Source: Eledone cirrhosa
Lineage: Eukaryota
Reading direction: 5' to 3'
Assembly (NCBI GenBank): GCA_964016885.1
Contig: OZ024748.1
Span: forward strand, 13,950,001-14,014,000
Length of the DNA: 64,000 bases
The translations under genes and the position numbers were made by a program. A model generated the notes under the pieces. It ran no database searches. It was not told the origin of the DNA and saw nothing but the letters and a program-made list of their open reading frames with translations. Each line of letters starts with the position of its first letter. Positions within the stretch are counted from its first letter, which is position 1. Shown here in pieces: positions 40,908 through 54,990 of the stretch.

Positions 40908-40943
<36 letters not shown>

Positions 40944-41247
40944 TGGGTAATAGGAACCAGTAAGACCCCGACGGCTGAGTTCCGGCCCTCGTGGTCCTGA
41001 ATCTTTTCATATATATATTTGTGTGTGTGTGTATGCATGTACATTTATATATGTATGTATATTGATATACATATATGTAAGTATATATACATATATATAT
41101 AAAGATATATATATATATATATACATACATACATACATATATATATATATTTATATATACACATGTGTGTTTGTCCCTCTGTGTAAATATGTGCGTGTGT
41201 GTGTGTGCATGGTTATATGCCAGCATATACACACACATAATATAATA

Positions 41248-41291
<44 letters not shown>

Positions 41292-41711
41292 TATATATAT
41301 ACACATACATATATTCATACATTACATTCCTATATATCATGAATACATACAATATATTTATTCATCCCCTATATTGATATATGCCTACAATACATCAACA
41401 CACGTTTCATAGACTAACAGAAATCCATACATAAAAACGATAGATATCTCACATACAGTCATCAATAACATAGTAACATACCTCTATGATTAAATATCAA
41501 TACGTGCCTTTACATTGATCTATGTCATGGCCACATTCATCACGATATCAATCGTTCAAGAGCGAATATCATTTCTACAGATGTTTCATTGATATCTCAA
41601 TATCTCGATATCTCTCTTTTTGCCAAAACTACATTCTCTCCCATGCTGATATCAATCACCCAATAAACACACAATTATCAAATACACACTTACACACACG
41701 CTTGTGTGTGT

Positions 41712-41753
<42 letters not shown>

Positions 41754-41821
41754 GCATACACATGTATATATGTATATATACATATATACATACATATATA
41801 TATATATATATATACACATAT

Positions 41822-41979
<158 letters not shown>

Positions 41980-42166
41980 GTTCATTCATAATGTGACAGA
42001 CACCCATACATAATTACATGTGTGAATGTCTGTGAATGCGAATTTGTATATGTATATATGTATCTAAGTATGTATGTTTATATATATATATATGTATATA
42101 TATATGTATGTATATATATTTGTATCTATATATGTATGTGTCTATATATATATATATGTATGTGTC

Positions 42167-42198
<32 letters not shown>

Positions 42199-42200
42199 TG

Positions 42201-42320
<120 letters not shown>

Positions 42321-42682
42321 AATACATTTATGAAAATGTCTCTTCAGATATCATGTATTGATATGTCTATACATAAATGCTTTACAATGGTTGCAGCTTT
42401 AGGTATTAAAAGTGTGAATGTTAAACCGTTTGCCTAATCTCGCCGTCTGCATAAATAGACATGCCCCATCTTTGTGGCAGACATTTATTGCTGTATTAGT
42501 ATTCTCTTTGCTGTGGGTATTCAGTAATATTGACATACTTTCCAGTGTATGAAACATTCATATCTATCACGAATATATCTATATGTATATATCTATATAT
42601 ATATGTATATATATATATATATCTATATATCTATATATGTATATAAATATATCTATATATGTATATAAATATGTATATATAA

Positions 42683-42760
<78 letters not shown>

Positions 42761-42810
42761 GTATATATATATATATATATAAATATGTATATATAAATAT
42801 GTATATATAA

Positions 42811-42890
<80 letters not shown>

Positions 42891-42909
42891 ATATATATGT
42901 ATATATCTA

Positions 42910-42952
<43 letters not shown>

Positions 42953-43381
42953 CTATCTATATATATGTATATACATATCTATATATATCTATGTATATCT
43001 ATATATATGTGTATATATATCTATATATATCTATGTATATCTATATATATGTGTATATATATCTATATGTGTATATATATATATATATATGATAAAAACT
43101 TTGACACAAACAGAGATAAATATAAAACGAATCTTATTAGGTTCGCGCTTCACCATGAGAATACAACAGTTCAGAGATTAGAAAATATAATATAACAAGA
43201 GAGGGACATGTGAGAGAGTATGTTGGTTGTTTTTAGTCCTTTTGTTGTGTGTATCAGCGTATATATTGATGGAATGGTGAATGCATTGTCTGTGATTCCG
43301 GCTGAGTGTGTTTGGTTGTATTTATATTGTATATGCAAGGGGTTTGACTGAGTTTGTATGAAATATAAAAGAAATTAATAG

Positions 43382-43424
<43 letters not shown>

Positions 43425-43425
<1 letters not shown>

Positions 43426-43839
43426 GTAGGAGGTGAGTTTTATTGTAGTACAATAAAGCAATGCAGATATCGGATAAGAAGCACTCTACAGTTTGTGGGA
43501 CTGGAGTATGCATAATATAAGATCAAAAGATGGTTAAAGGAGTTCCATATATTTTATTATGCGCATTTCAAAAACAAACATCATCAAGCAATAATATTTG
43601 TGTTTTCATCAGATAAAACAGGAGAACATGATATGAAGGCTAAAAAACACTTGTGGATAGTGCAGTTTTAAATCAACATATGTTGATTTAAAACTGCACT
43701 ATCCACAAGTGTTTTTTAGCCTTCATATCATGTTCTCCTGTTTTATCTGATGAAAACACAAATATTATTGCTTGATGATGTTTGTTTTTGAAATGCGCAT
43801 AATAAAATATATGGAACTCCTTTAACCATCTTTTGATCT

Positions 43840-43847
<8 letters not shown>
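43425..43847. mobile_element. HHR element with perfect 336-bp spacerless palindrome (43512-43847)
   Basis: 168-bp arms, identical by eye, centred on CAACAT|ATGTTG (43679/43680). Confidence 0.9.
43741..43807 (+). ncRNA. Type I hammerhead with long stem II and palindromic stem III; mirror copy on minus strand 43552-43618
   Basis: TTTTAT-CTGATGA-AAACACAAATATTATT..GATGATGTTTGTTTTT-GAAA-TGCGCATA-ATAAAA. Confidence 0.8.
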
Positions 43848-43881
<34 letters not shown>

Positions 43882-44741
43882 CATCGGGGTTATTTATTAC
43901 GAATGAAACAGGTCTAGTGCTACAGAGATCATTTCAATAATATATATATATATATATAGTAATAATAATAACTTTGAAGACTAAAATCCAAAGAGGGCTC
44001 GATAAGGATAAATATATATCAAATATATAAGAACTGTAGAGCAAATATTTATTAAAATAACAGATTAAAGTTTAAACAAAGAATTGCTGCTTTCAGCGAT
44101 TCTTTGCTAAAACTTTAATCTGCTATTTTAATAATAAATAAAAATATATATATATATATATATAGAAAGGATGAATATAAAATGAAAGTGCTTTTGTTAA
44201 AAAAGGAATTTATTAGGTGTTGACATATGTTTCTGTAACAGACCGAATACCTATGTATCGCTGCTTGCGTAATCATATAATGTTAGCAAGTATTCGATAG
44301 CAAATGTATAATCAGTTGTCACTTCTTCAGAGATTTTGGATAAACTGGATAAAATCAGAAAAATTGAAGTATTTATATTAGTAAAAGAGGAAGGAACAGA
44401 GGGGATAGTATATGACAGATGGTAAAATAATTTACTCCTAGACAAGTATATAATGGGTTTTTAATGAGAATACCATGAGTAAATCTAAATAAGAATTTTG
44501 GGAGTGCCAATTTTAATCTCTACTTGACCAACTGGACAGTGGACAGGGCTGGTCATTTGGTGCAGTAGTATTAATATGTCAACACCTAATAAATTCCTTT
44601 TTTTAACAAAAGCACTTTCATTTTATATTCATCCTTTCTACATTTCTCCGGAATATAATTTATACTCGTTGAGCAAACCTGCACGTACGCTGTTCATCTC
44701 TAACGTAATGATATATTATCACTACATTATTGATAACCTGA

Positions 44742-44777
<36 letters not shown>

Positions 44778-45035
44778 TTATTTATTATTAAAATAGCAGA
44801 TTAAAGTTTAAACAAAGAATCGCTGAAAGTACCAATTCTTTGCTTAAACTTTAATCTGTTATTTTAATAATTATTTGTTCTACGGTTCTTATATATTTGA
44901 TATATATTTATCCTTATCGAGCCCTCTTTGGATTTTAGTCTTCAAATTTATTATTATTACTATATATATATATATATTATTGAAATGATCTCTGTAGCAC
45001 TAGACCTGTTTCATTCGTAATAAATAATCCCGATG
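43882..45035. repeat. Nested inverted repeats (outer ~270-bp arms, inner ~66-bp arms)
   Basis: 43882-44150 vs 44765-45035; 44163-44228 vs 44574-44640. Confidence 0.88.
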
Positions 45036-45806
45036 ACTTTTTTGGAAAGAAACAGTTCTAGTCCTGTAGAAGACATTTCTAAAATAAAATGAAGATTCCT
45101 ATTCCCTTCTGACGTATTGAGAACTTCTTAAAACTGTAGTAACCCCCTCCCCACCGAAATACATCTGGAATCCACACACAAACAGACACACATACAGACA
45201 TACATGCATATATACATACATACATACATACATTCATGGTAGCTCGATTGAGTATCACGAACGTGTCTTTATAGTCCTGTTAGGGATGTGCCTATGGCTA
45301 GCAATATAATTCATCGTAAAAGGTGTTATATTATGCGATGCCTGTGCTTGAAGCCCTTTTAAATGAGTAAAGGCTTTGTATGGGGCCTATCCCCCTTAAT
45401 ATCGAATGCATTTTCCCAAGAAGAAGAACTGGTGTACATCATTGGATGCAAACGATGTCACAGGTTTTATATCAGAGTGACCTTCCCCGATGGAGAAGAC
45501 TAGTAGCCTCTCACTCCACATCACAAAAGAAATTAATTCTTTATTCAATAGCCTTGAAACTCCTGAGTTCTTCCGCCGTTTCACGGGTTTTGTTTTTCAT
45601 CATGCAGGGGCGTCCAAAATCACCTCTCACCAAGCAAACTTGGTGGGGTTGCCGGTTTACTCGACGACAACCCGCCCATGCACAGGTTGTACTGGGTGAC
45701 ATGCTATCAGTAGCGCTGTAGAGTGACCTGACACAAATATATACATATATACATATATATGATAGATTTTGGAAAAAATGCTGCGAAGACGTTATTTTAT
45801 TTACCT

Positions 45807-45845
45807 GTTCTAATATTTCGGGACTAATGTCCCTTCATCAGAAAC
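45807..45845 (-). ncRNA. Minimal type I hammerhead motif
   Basis: Minus strand GTTT-CTGATGA-AGGGAC-ATTA-GTCCC-GAAA-TATTA-GAAC. Confidence 0.75.
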
Positions 45846-45949
45846 CGGTTCGAAGATTTGTGCTTTTATTTTAAGCATGCTACTGCATAAATATTTGAGC
45901 ATGGGCGCGTGCGTGAGTGTGTGAGAGTACATATTTATACATACATACA

Positions 45950-45981
<32 letters not shown>

Positions 45982-46047
45982 AATATATATAGAGTGAGAT
46001 AAGCAAGTATGTGCCTATATTTATATATATATATATATATTGATAAG

Positions 46048-46098
<51 letters not shown>

Positions 46099-46102
46099 TT
46101 GC

Positions 46103-46135
<33 letters not shown>

Positions 46136-46749
46136 TGTATGTGTATTTGTGTGTGTATTTGTACAGGATTGGCGCCCTTCAATCCATTTCGACACACAAC
46201 GGATAGAACAATCGGAACATTTAGTAGTAAACATTGGTTCCAGTATGTCGGGCATTTCACTTGACGGTGGATCACGTCTTTACTTATATTGTTGAACAAT
46301 AGTAGGAGGATTGTAGAGACTAAGGTAAAACAGATTGACCGAGATATTTGGATAGAGAAATAGAGAGATGTGGGGAGAGAGATAGTGGGTATTAGAGAGG
46401 AGTGACAGATGGATAAGAGGAGAAAGGGAGAAATAGAAAGACATACTGAACTGTTTTTGAGATATCTAATTGGTTTAATTGAAATAATCTTTAATACGTT
46501 AAATGACACGTTTTTCATTATAAATTAGAATTATAACTTAAGGCTTAACATAAAACTCTAATAAAAAAAGACACTGCAATGTACTTTATGATCTAGTCAT
46601 TCGGAATAAGTGCCTTATGATTTGTAATTGTTTACACATATTTTTAGTAGCATACTGTTGGGTTTTGCAAAATGTGACGCCATACGCATGCGTAGTTACA
46701 TACATCTGCACCTTTTTAAAGTTTGAAGCACGCTCACACACAGACACAT

Positions 46750-46796
<47 letters not shown>

Positions 46797-46800
<4 letters not shown>

Positions 46801-47052
46801 GGAGGTGAGTTTTATTGTAGTACAATAAAGCAATGCAGATATCGGATAAGAAGCACTCTACAATTTGTAGGACTGGAGTATACATAATATATAAGATCAA
46901 AAGATGGTTAAAAGAGTTCCATGTATTTTATTATGCGCATTTCAAAAACAAATATCATCATGCAATAACATTTGGTTTTTCATCAGATAAAATGTGAAGA
47001 CATGATATGAAGGTTAAAAAACACTTGTGAATAGTGCAGTTTTAAATCAACA

Positions 47053-47053
<1 letters not shown>
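46797..47053 (-). mobile_element. Second, non-palindromic copy of the 43425 HHR element
   Basis: Same termini (TGTAGGAGGTGAG ... AAATCAACAT), HHR core on the minus strand, (TA)n on both sides. Confidence 0.88.
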
Positions 47054-47112
<59 letters not shown>

Positions 47113-47236
47113 CTACCAAAAGTTTACGGTAGTGTCCAATCCGTATGAAGAACTCAATGTAATCTGGATATCATGGAAAGAAGAGATGCATTCAAAAATC
47201 ACTTTCGGTGAATGATAAACGGAATACAGAGTCAAG

Positions 47237-47670
47237 ATAAAATATTAAAAAAATAATGAATAAAACAATGAAACAGTTCCTTATATTAAACAAAAAAAGT
47301 TCATTATTTAACGATCGTTTCTAGGACATATATGTGTTAGAATTGGCATGCATATTCAAAAGATCTATGTACAAAATTATACAAACTATCAAAGAGAATA
47401 TACATACCATCACATATATATGCTGTCTTCAGAAATATTATTTCTTCAGAAATATTATTTCTTCAGAAATATTATTTCTGAAGACAGCATATATATGTGA
47501 TGGTATGTATATTCTCTTTGATAGTTTGTATAATTTTGTACATAGATCTTTTGAATATGCATGCCAATTCTAACACATATATGTCCTAGAAACGATCGTT
47601 AAATAATGAACTTTTTTTGTTTAATATAAGGAACTGTTTCATTGTTTTATTCATTATTTTTTTAATATTT

Positions 47671-47673
<3 letters not shown>
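47237..47673. repeat. Palindrome with 201-bp arms and triplicated 17-mer at the centre
   Basis: 47237-47437 vs 47473-47673. CTTCAGAAATATTATTT x3 at 47427-47477, then CTGAAGA at 47478. Confidence 0.92.
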
Positions 47674-47735
<62 letters not shown>

Positions 47736-47974
47736 CTGTGTGTGTGGAATCGAATGTTGAAACATATATTGGAAGGTTCATACTGCACGTAGAATAACAC
47801 GCAACGTATGTGTTTTCCTCTAGTTTTATTATAAGTTAGAGAACTAATCCATTGAAGTAGCAGGGTAATTCATAGACAATGACACAGAAGGTGTGACGAA
47901 AGAGTTGTGACAATTATATATGCTCATTTAAACAAACGGCCTGTTATTCAACTAAGCGATAAATGGATTAGTTA

Positions 47975-48160
47975 ATAATTGTTTCTACTTTTGGCACAAG
48001 GCCAGCAATTGCACAGTGCATTACTGATATTTTATTTTATCGACCCCGTAAGGATGAAAGGCAAAGTTAACCTCGGCGGGATTTGAACTCAGAATGGCAA
48101 GGGCCGTATATCTCTGCGTCAAAGCATGGCGTCCGACCCTCTACCGATACTGCCAATTCA
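47975..48160 (-). mobile_element. Nin/Deu-domain SINE
   Basis: Consensus match. Confidence 0.9.
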
Positions 48161-48486
48161 CAATAAAACTGAAGTGGATCTCGACTGCTGCATGCGTTTT
48201 AATGGGCAGTATGATTCTCCCAAACTGTAGCAATTATATATATATATATATATATATATACGTATATGATATGCATGTGTGTGTATGTGTGTCTTTATGT
48301 GTGTGTGCACGTATGTCTGCAAAAGGGAAACAGAAAAAACAAAACAAACGTTACAGTACATGGTATGTTTGTGTTTGTGTGTGTATATATATATATATAT
48401 ATATAGTTTGAACCTTGATATTTACCTACGCCTTGTTACATGCTCTATTTAGCATCCTGTCCAGCCAGTGGATTACCCACGGACCT

Positions 48487-48538
<52 letters not shown>

Positions 48539-48787
48539 AAGTAAAATAAGAAAAAAGTAGAAATGCTAATGGAATTTTCTAATAGATTAACTGCAAAACA
48601 TGTATTTACAAAAAAGGAATTTATCGTACCGGTTTTAGTCAAAGGTTGTAGGATTCTTCATGCTACAGAAGTGTATAAAAAAATTTATAATGGAGTTAAG
48701 GTGTATTATAATAAGAATATGAAATAAGAGAACATGGTCTACATACATATAAATATATATATTAGTAATTATAGATATAAATAGATA

Positions 48788-48930
48788 TACTGGTACTTTA
48801 TTTTATCGACTCCGTAAGGATGAAAGGCAAAGTTAACCTCGGCGGGATTTGAACTCAGAATGGCAAGGGCCGTACCTCTATGCGTCAAAGCATGGCGTCC
48901 GAATCCCTATTGATACTGCCAATCGAACGC
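48788..48930 (-). mobile_element. Nin/Deu-domain SINE, 3' part missing
   Basis: Consensus match up to AAGTACCAG. Confidence 0.88.
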
Positions 48931-49594
48931 CATATATATTAGTAATAACAAGGTGTAAGAAAGTAACATCAATATGAAATCATTATGCTTATTCACACAT
49001 AAGTTCATATACTTTTCAGCGTCTGATCCGGTATTTTAGGATTATTTAAGCCAAAATCGTTTTACTACGACATTTACTTTTGTAGCTGCCTAATACTTCC
49101 TTTTATCAGTCTTTCTAAATGAAAGGTCTAATCATTGATCTTTAAGCCTCTTTTCGTTGGCCCCTGATGACAAAAATTGTTTTATTATTGGATCTTCACA
49201 AGGATTTTACTCCTTAAATATTTAGCATCAACTCTAAAATTGACAAGGACTTGAGTTTCAACAAATTAGATTCAAACAAAAAATTGGATAACGGAAAAAA
49301 ATCTCAACCGAAAATTCTCAACAGAATATCAAAGAAAAGAGCAAATGGAAGAAGCCAAAAATTGCCAAGATACTTAGAAATCTGACAACGAAATGTATTT
49401 TTGCAGTTATCAAGGAAATAACATGGCAACGGGAATTGTGTTAAAAAAGAGAATCCTTGATTTCTACATAGATTTCTGGAATTTGTTTCGTAAAAACCAA
49501 AACAGCTTCCATACGGGTGTTTAGAGATCCTGTTATCTTGATTATAAATACTTTACACCATAAAATCGTGTATATGTTTGTATATATATATATA

Positions 49595-50480
49595 CAAGGT
49601 GTGTCAGAAAAGTTCCACGACTGATGTAACAAAAGATTTATTTCAAACGCAAACTTTACACTAAGAGTTTTCTCCTTCAAAGTAATCCCCCTGGAGTATG
49701 TAACTGTAATCTTAGGTCTCTGCAGCGATCAAACATTTGTATTCATAATTTTATATGCATGTCGTCTGTTTCAGATCGTCAAGCAATGAGCACAGAGCAA
49801 CGAACAAACTTGAACTTTCTGGTACGGTTGGGGAAAACTCCGTCAGAAGCACGGGGATTGCTGCAGCAAGTGTATGGAGATGAGACGATGTCATGCTCAC
49901 ATTTTTTTGAGTGGTGCAAGATGACCCCCGGAGCGGAAGGCACTCAACAACCAGGACTGAGGTCAACGTTGAGTGCGTCAGGCAGATGGTGCGTAACGAT
50001 CGTCGGCTGACTGTTCGACTGATGGCAAAAGAGCTGGGCATGAATCGGGACAGCGTCTGGAAGATTCTCACTGAAGACTTGGACTTGCAGAACGTGTGCG
50101 CGAAGAAGGTGTCAAAACTGCTGAACGATGACCAGAAGGGTCGACGCATGTAAGTGTGCCAGGACATTCTCGAGCGTCTTGAAACCGAACCAGACTTCCT
50201 AGAGACAGTCATCACCGGGGATGAGTCATGGATCTTCGAGTACGACTCGAAGGGGACACGTTTTGAAGACGTGGACGACATCAAAAAGGCTGTGACGACC
50301 GAACTGCGGAGGATCCCGGAAGAATCCTTCCAGGAGTGCATGCTAGCGTGGCAGAAAAGGATGGAAAATTGCATTAAACTCCAGGTGGATTACTTTAAAG
50401 GAGAAAACTCTTAGTGTGAAGTTTGTGTTTGAAATAAATCTTTTGTGACAATAGTCCTGGAACTTTTCTGGCACACTTCG
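49595..50480 (+). mobile_element. Internally deleted mariner transposon (886 bp) with ~103-bp TIRs and TA flanks; transposase pseudogene
   Basis: EQRTNLNFLVRLGKT (HTH), DDPRSGR, DRRLTVR, ITGDESWIFEYD, then a jump to KGTRFEDVDDIKK..WQKRMENCI..DYF. Frameshifts and a stop. TIRs 49595-49697 / 50378-50480. Confidence 0.95.
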
Positions 50481-50567
50481 TATATATATATATAAATATA
50501 TATAAACATATATTTATGTGCGTGCGTGCGTGCGTGCGTGCGCGTGTGCGTGTGTGTGTGTGTGTGT

Positions 50568-50771
50568 GTGATGCATCGGAACTCAATTTATTGTGTGTTG
50601 CAATTGTTTCCCGGGTCAGAAACCCCATAAAAAAGTATATGCTCCGAAATCAATAGGCGTGTCAGAGGAATCTGCGAGTCTAGTGTCATTTCAATCCACA
50701 TACAAATCGCACCTCGAGCAGTTCGCCGGGGAAACAATTGTAACACAATAAATTGAGTTCCGATGCATCAC
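50568..50771. repeat. Inverted repeat (~45-bp arms) with HHR-like 3' half GAAACAATTGTA
   Basis: 50568-50614 vs 50726-50771. Confidence 0.7.
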
Positions 50772-50900
50772 TGATTTTTCGTTTTCCATTCGATACATAT
50801 ATATATATAAAGATATATATATGTGCGTCCTTATATATATATATATATATATATATATGCGTATATATATATATATATGCGTATATATATATATATATGC

Positions 50901-50977
<77 letters not shown>

Positions 50978-50980
<3 letters not shown>

Positions 50981-52031
50981 TAAATCATGTCCTTAGAATT
51001 ATTAGGTAAAATATATACCATTTCCTCTCCCAATTAGCATAATTAATCATATAAAAAATCAATTAGACCAGGCTATAAGAATAAAGGCTCCTATGAAGAA
51101 ATATTTGATAAATAACCGAAAGCGGCCTCTTCGAGGTGACCCGATAGAACATTTACCCAACATTTCAACAGCATGTAGAAACTGACTAAATATACCGTCA
51201 ACCATACGCAATTAGGTGTAAATTTAAACTTAGAAGAAATGGTATATATTTTATCTAATAATTCTAAGGACATGATTTATGATATATTGCGCTGATTATT
51301 TAATTTATTAATTCTTCATTGAGCCACAACGTGACCGGTTGCCACATATATATCTGGGACATTATGTATATGTAAATCTTTATACTTAATAATCTCCCGT
51401 TGGGTTGAGATACATTTGGGCGATATTGGGCTGCGCTTTCTAGCAACCAGCCTACTCGCCGTAAGCAACTAATCACATTCTTTCTAACTTGACCACTGCC
51501 ACGTCACGATTCGTAGCCATTTTTTAATCTATTTTTGGCACGATCGCTTTGGAAAATTAAATGTCCGACTGAATTTGTCTCCTGATGAGTCTGTTACTCT
51601 AGGTTCATCCTTAATAGTAGGATATCTAAAAATACGGACGAAACAATGGTAGAGATGTAATTATGGCATGTACACGTTTCTTCTAAGTTTAAATTTACAC
51701 CTAATTGTGTATGGTTGACGGTATATTTAATCAGTTTCTACATGCTGTTGAAATGTTGGGTAACTACTCTATTGGGGTCACCGCGAAGAGGCCGCTTTCG
51801 GTTATTTATCAAATATTTCTTCATAGGAGCCTTTATTCTTATAGCCTGGTCTAATTGATTTTTTATATGGTTAATTATGCTAATTGGGAGAGGAAATGGT
51901 ATATATGTTATCTAATAATTCTAAGGACATGATTTATGATATATTGCTCTAATTATTTAATTATTCATTGAGCCACAACGTGACCGGTTGCCACATATAT
52001 ATCTGGGACTTTATGTATATGTAAATCTTTA

Positions 52032-52033
<2 letters not shown>
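50978..52033 (+). mobile_element. Non-autonomous Penelope-like/retrozyme element: inverted 5' piece plus ~655-nt unit with ~145-bp terminal direct repeat
   Basis: 51236-51384 matches 51893-52033; 50978-51239 is the reverse complement of 51677-51942; HHR at 51577-51656; (TA)n flanks. Confidence 0.87.
51577..51656 (+). ncRNA. Type I hammerhead ribozyme with long stem II
   Basis: GTCTC-CTGATGA-GTCTGT...ACGGAC-GAAA-CAATG-GTA-GAGAT. GUA triplet 51649-51651. Confidence 0.82.
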
Positions 52034-52074
<41 letters not shown>

Positions 52075-52268
52075 ATATTTGGGGAGGGCATGTTATAATA
52101 TTGCCAGAACACACTCACTCTTTGGATTGGGTTGGTTTTCGCTTCTGTATCTTTTACGTCTCCATAGTTAATTTATCTGGTAATATTATAACAATATGAC
52201 CATCCCCAAATATAACAATATTTGTTTCAACACACTATTTCATATCAAACACCTTGTAAATCAAAGAA

Positions 52269-52396
<128 letters not shown>

Positions 52397-52769
52397 GTGT
52401 CTCCCTATGTATGTAATGACAGAGAGACGGTGGTGTGGACACATAAAAAGGTGAATAACCGTTTGTGTTATGTTTATCAAGTATGATTACTATATCAAAG
52501 TTTTGACAAAATACTAAATTCAAAGAGAAATAGGAATAAATAAACTGCTGACGGTATATATGAGAAATTAGTTGAGGAGGTTCGTTACGTAACTGTATTT
52601 TTTTTATCCATAAACTCTGTATTATTTCATAATAGCTAATTGCCTCGTTAAGTGATTGGCGAGCGAAAATTTGGAAAATAGTGTGAAAGAAAAATACAAT
52701 CACAATTTCTCTGATCTTTAATGTGTTACCGTCTTCAGAAACTTATAGAAAGCTATCAACTTACATTCT

Positions 52770-53530
52770 TTTATCATAGCTATTACTATTGTTATATCAT
52801 CGCTATTATGGGGGTCTTAATATAACGACTATTTGTGCGTTATCTTAGCTATTACTATATCTTTATCTTACTAATACTAATGCTTTATCATAGTTACTAC
52901 TGTAGTTTTATCAAAGCTATAACTAATTTTATCATAGCATAGTTCCAACCAGTGTCATATCATAGTTAGTGTGGGGATTTATCATTGCTATTACTTTGAT
53001 ATTATCATAGTTACAACCCGTGTTATATTATAGTTATTGTTGTAGTTTTGTCATAGCTATTACTGTACGCTTATTATAGAGACTATCAATTTAATGTAAT
53101 GCCATAGTTATAGACGAAGTTTTTCACAGCTATTACTGTAAGCTTCTCAAATATACAACCAGTTCTTATATCATAGCTAATGTTGGAGTTTTATCACAAC
53201 TATTACTGTAAGCTTCTCAAAGATACAATCAGTTCTTATATCATAGCTAGTGTTTGAGTTTTGTCATAGCTATTACTGTAGCTTCTCAAAGACACGACAA
53301 GCTCTTATATCATAGCTAGTGTTGTAGTTTTATCATAGCTAATACTGTAAATATATAATAGATACAACCAGTGTTATATCGGCTACCGCTGGAGTTTTAC
53401 CGAAGTTTTACCAAAGATATTATATTGTATCACAGCAACAACTAAGCTTATATTATAGCTACTACTGGAGTTTTATCGTAGTTTCTATGATTTCATGATA
53501 GGTTCTTACTAAGTTCATATCATACCTACT
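52770..53530. repeat. Degenerate tandem repeat, ~23-bp subunits forming a 70-bp higher-order unit
   Basis: Recurrent TTATCATAGCTATTACTGTA. 70-bp period at 53111-53390. Confidence 0.8.
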
Positions 53531-54225
53531 TGTAATATTTTAATGTAGTCATATTTCTTGTACTGCTTGTGTAGGGACCGTTCAGATTTGGTGGGCCCTC
53601 ATATACCAACAACAAACACCTTAAGAGCGTCTTTCTAGTCGTGTTATTAAAAGTGACTAAGGGTACTGTTCGAAGATACAACTCCAGCAGTAGCTATGAT
53701 ATAACACTGGTAATATATATGCTATGACAGAATATTAGTAATGAGTCTTATTAGGAGGAGATGGGAGAGTGTGTAAGACAGTGTGGAAGAGAGATTCTGG
53801 AAGAGAGAGTGTGGAAGAGAGAGTGTGGAAGTAGTGTGGAATGAGTGAGTGTTAAATAAAAGTGAGAAAAATTTAAAAGTGTCTAAAGGAAAACTAGATG
53901 ATCATTAATTCATCAAGTAGTTGTTAATGAGACAAGGAGATATGGTGGTAACTATATATCGATAGAATTTCGGGGATAAATCAATGCTGCGTCGATGTTA
54001 AATTAAACATCCACATATAGGAACACAATCACGCAACATATACTGACATACATACATGCATACTTAGAGACATGAATACATACACACATACTTACATGTA
54101 TACATACATACACAAACACCACACATCTACACACACACAAACACGTTCACACAAACACACACAAACATGCTAACACATACACACTGACGCATACATACAC
54201 ATATATATCTACACATACATATAGT

Positions 54226-54990
<765 letters not shown>

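Noticed and set aside
49751-50374. 207-aa minus-strand ORF
   Set aside because: Antisense shadow of the mariner transposase.
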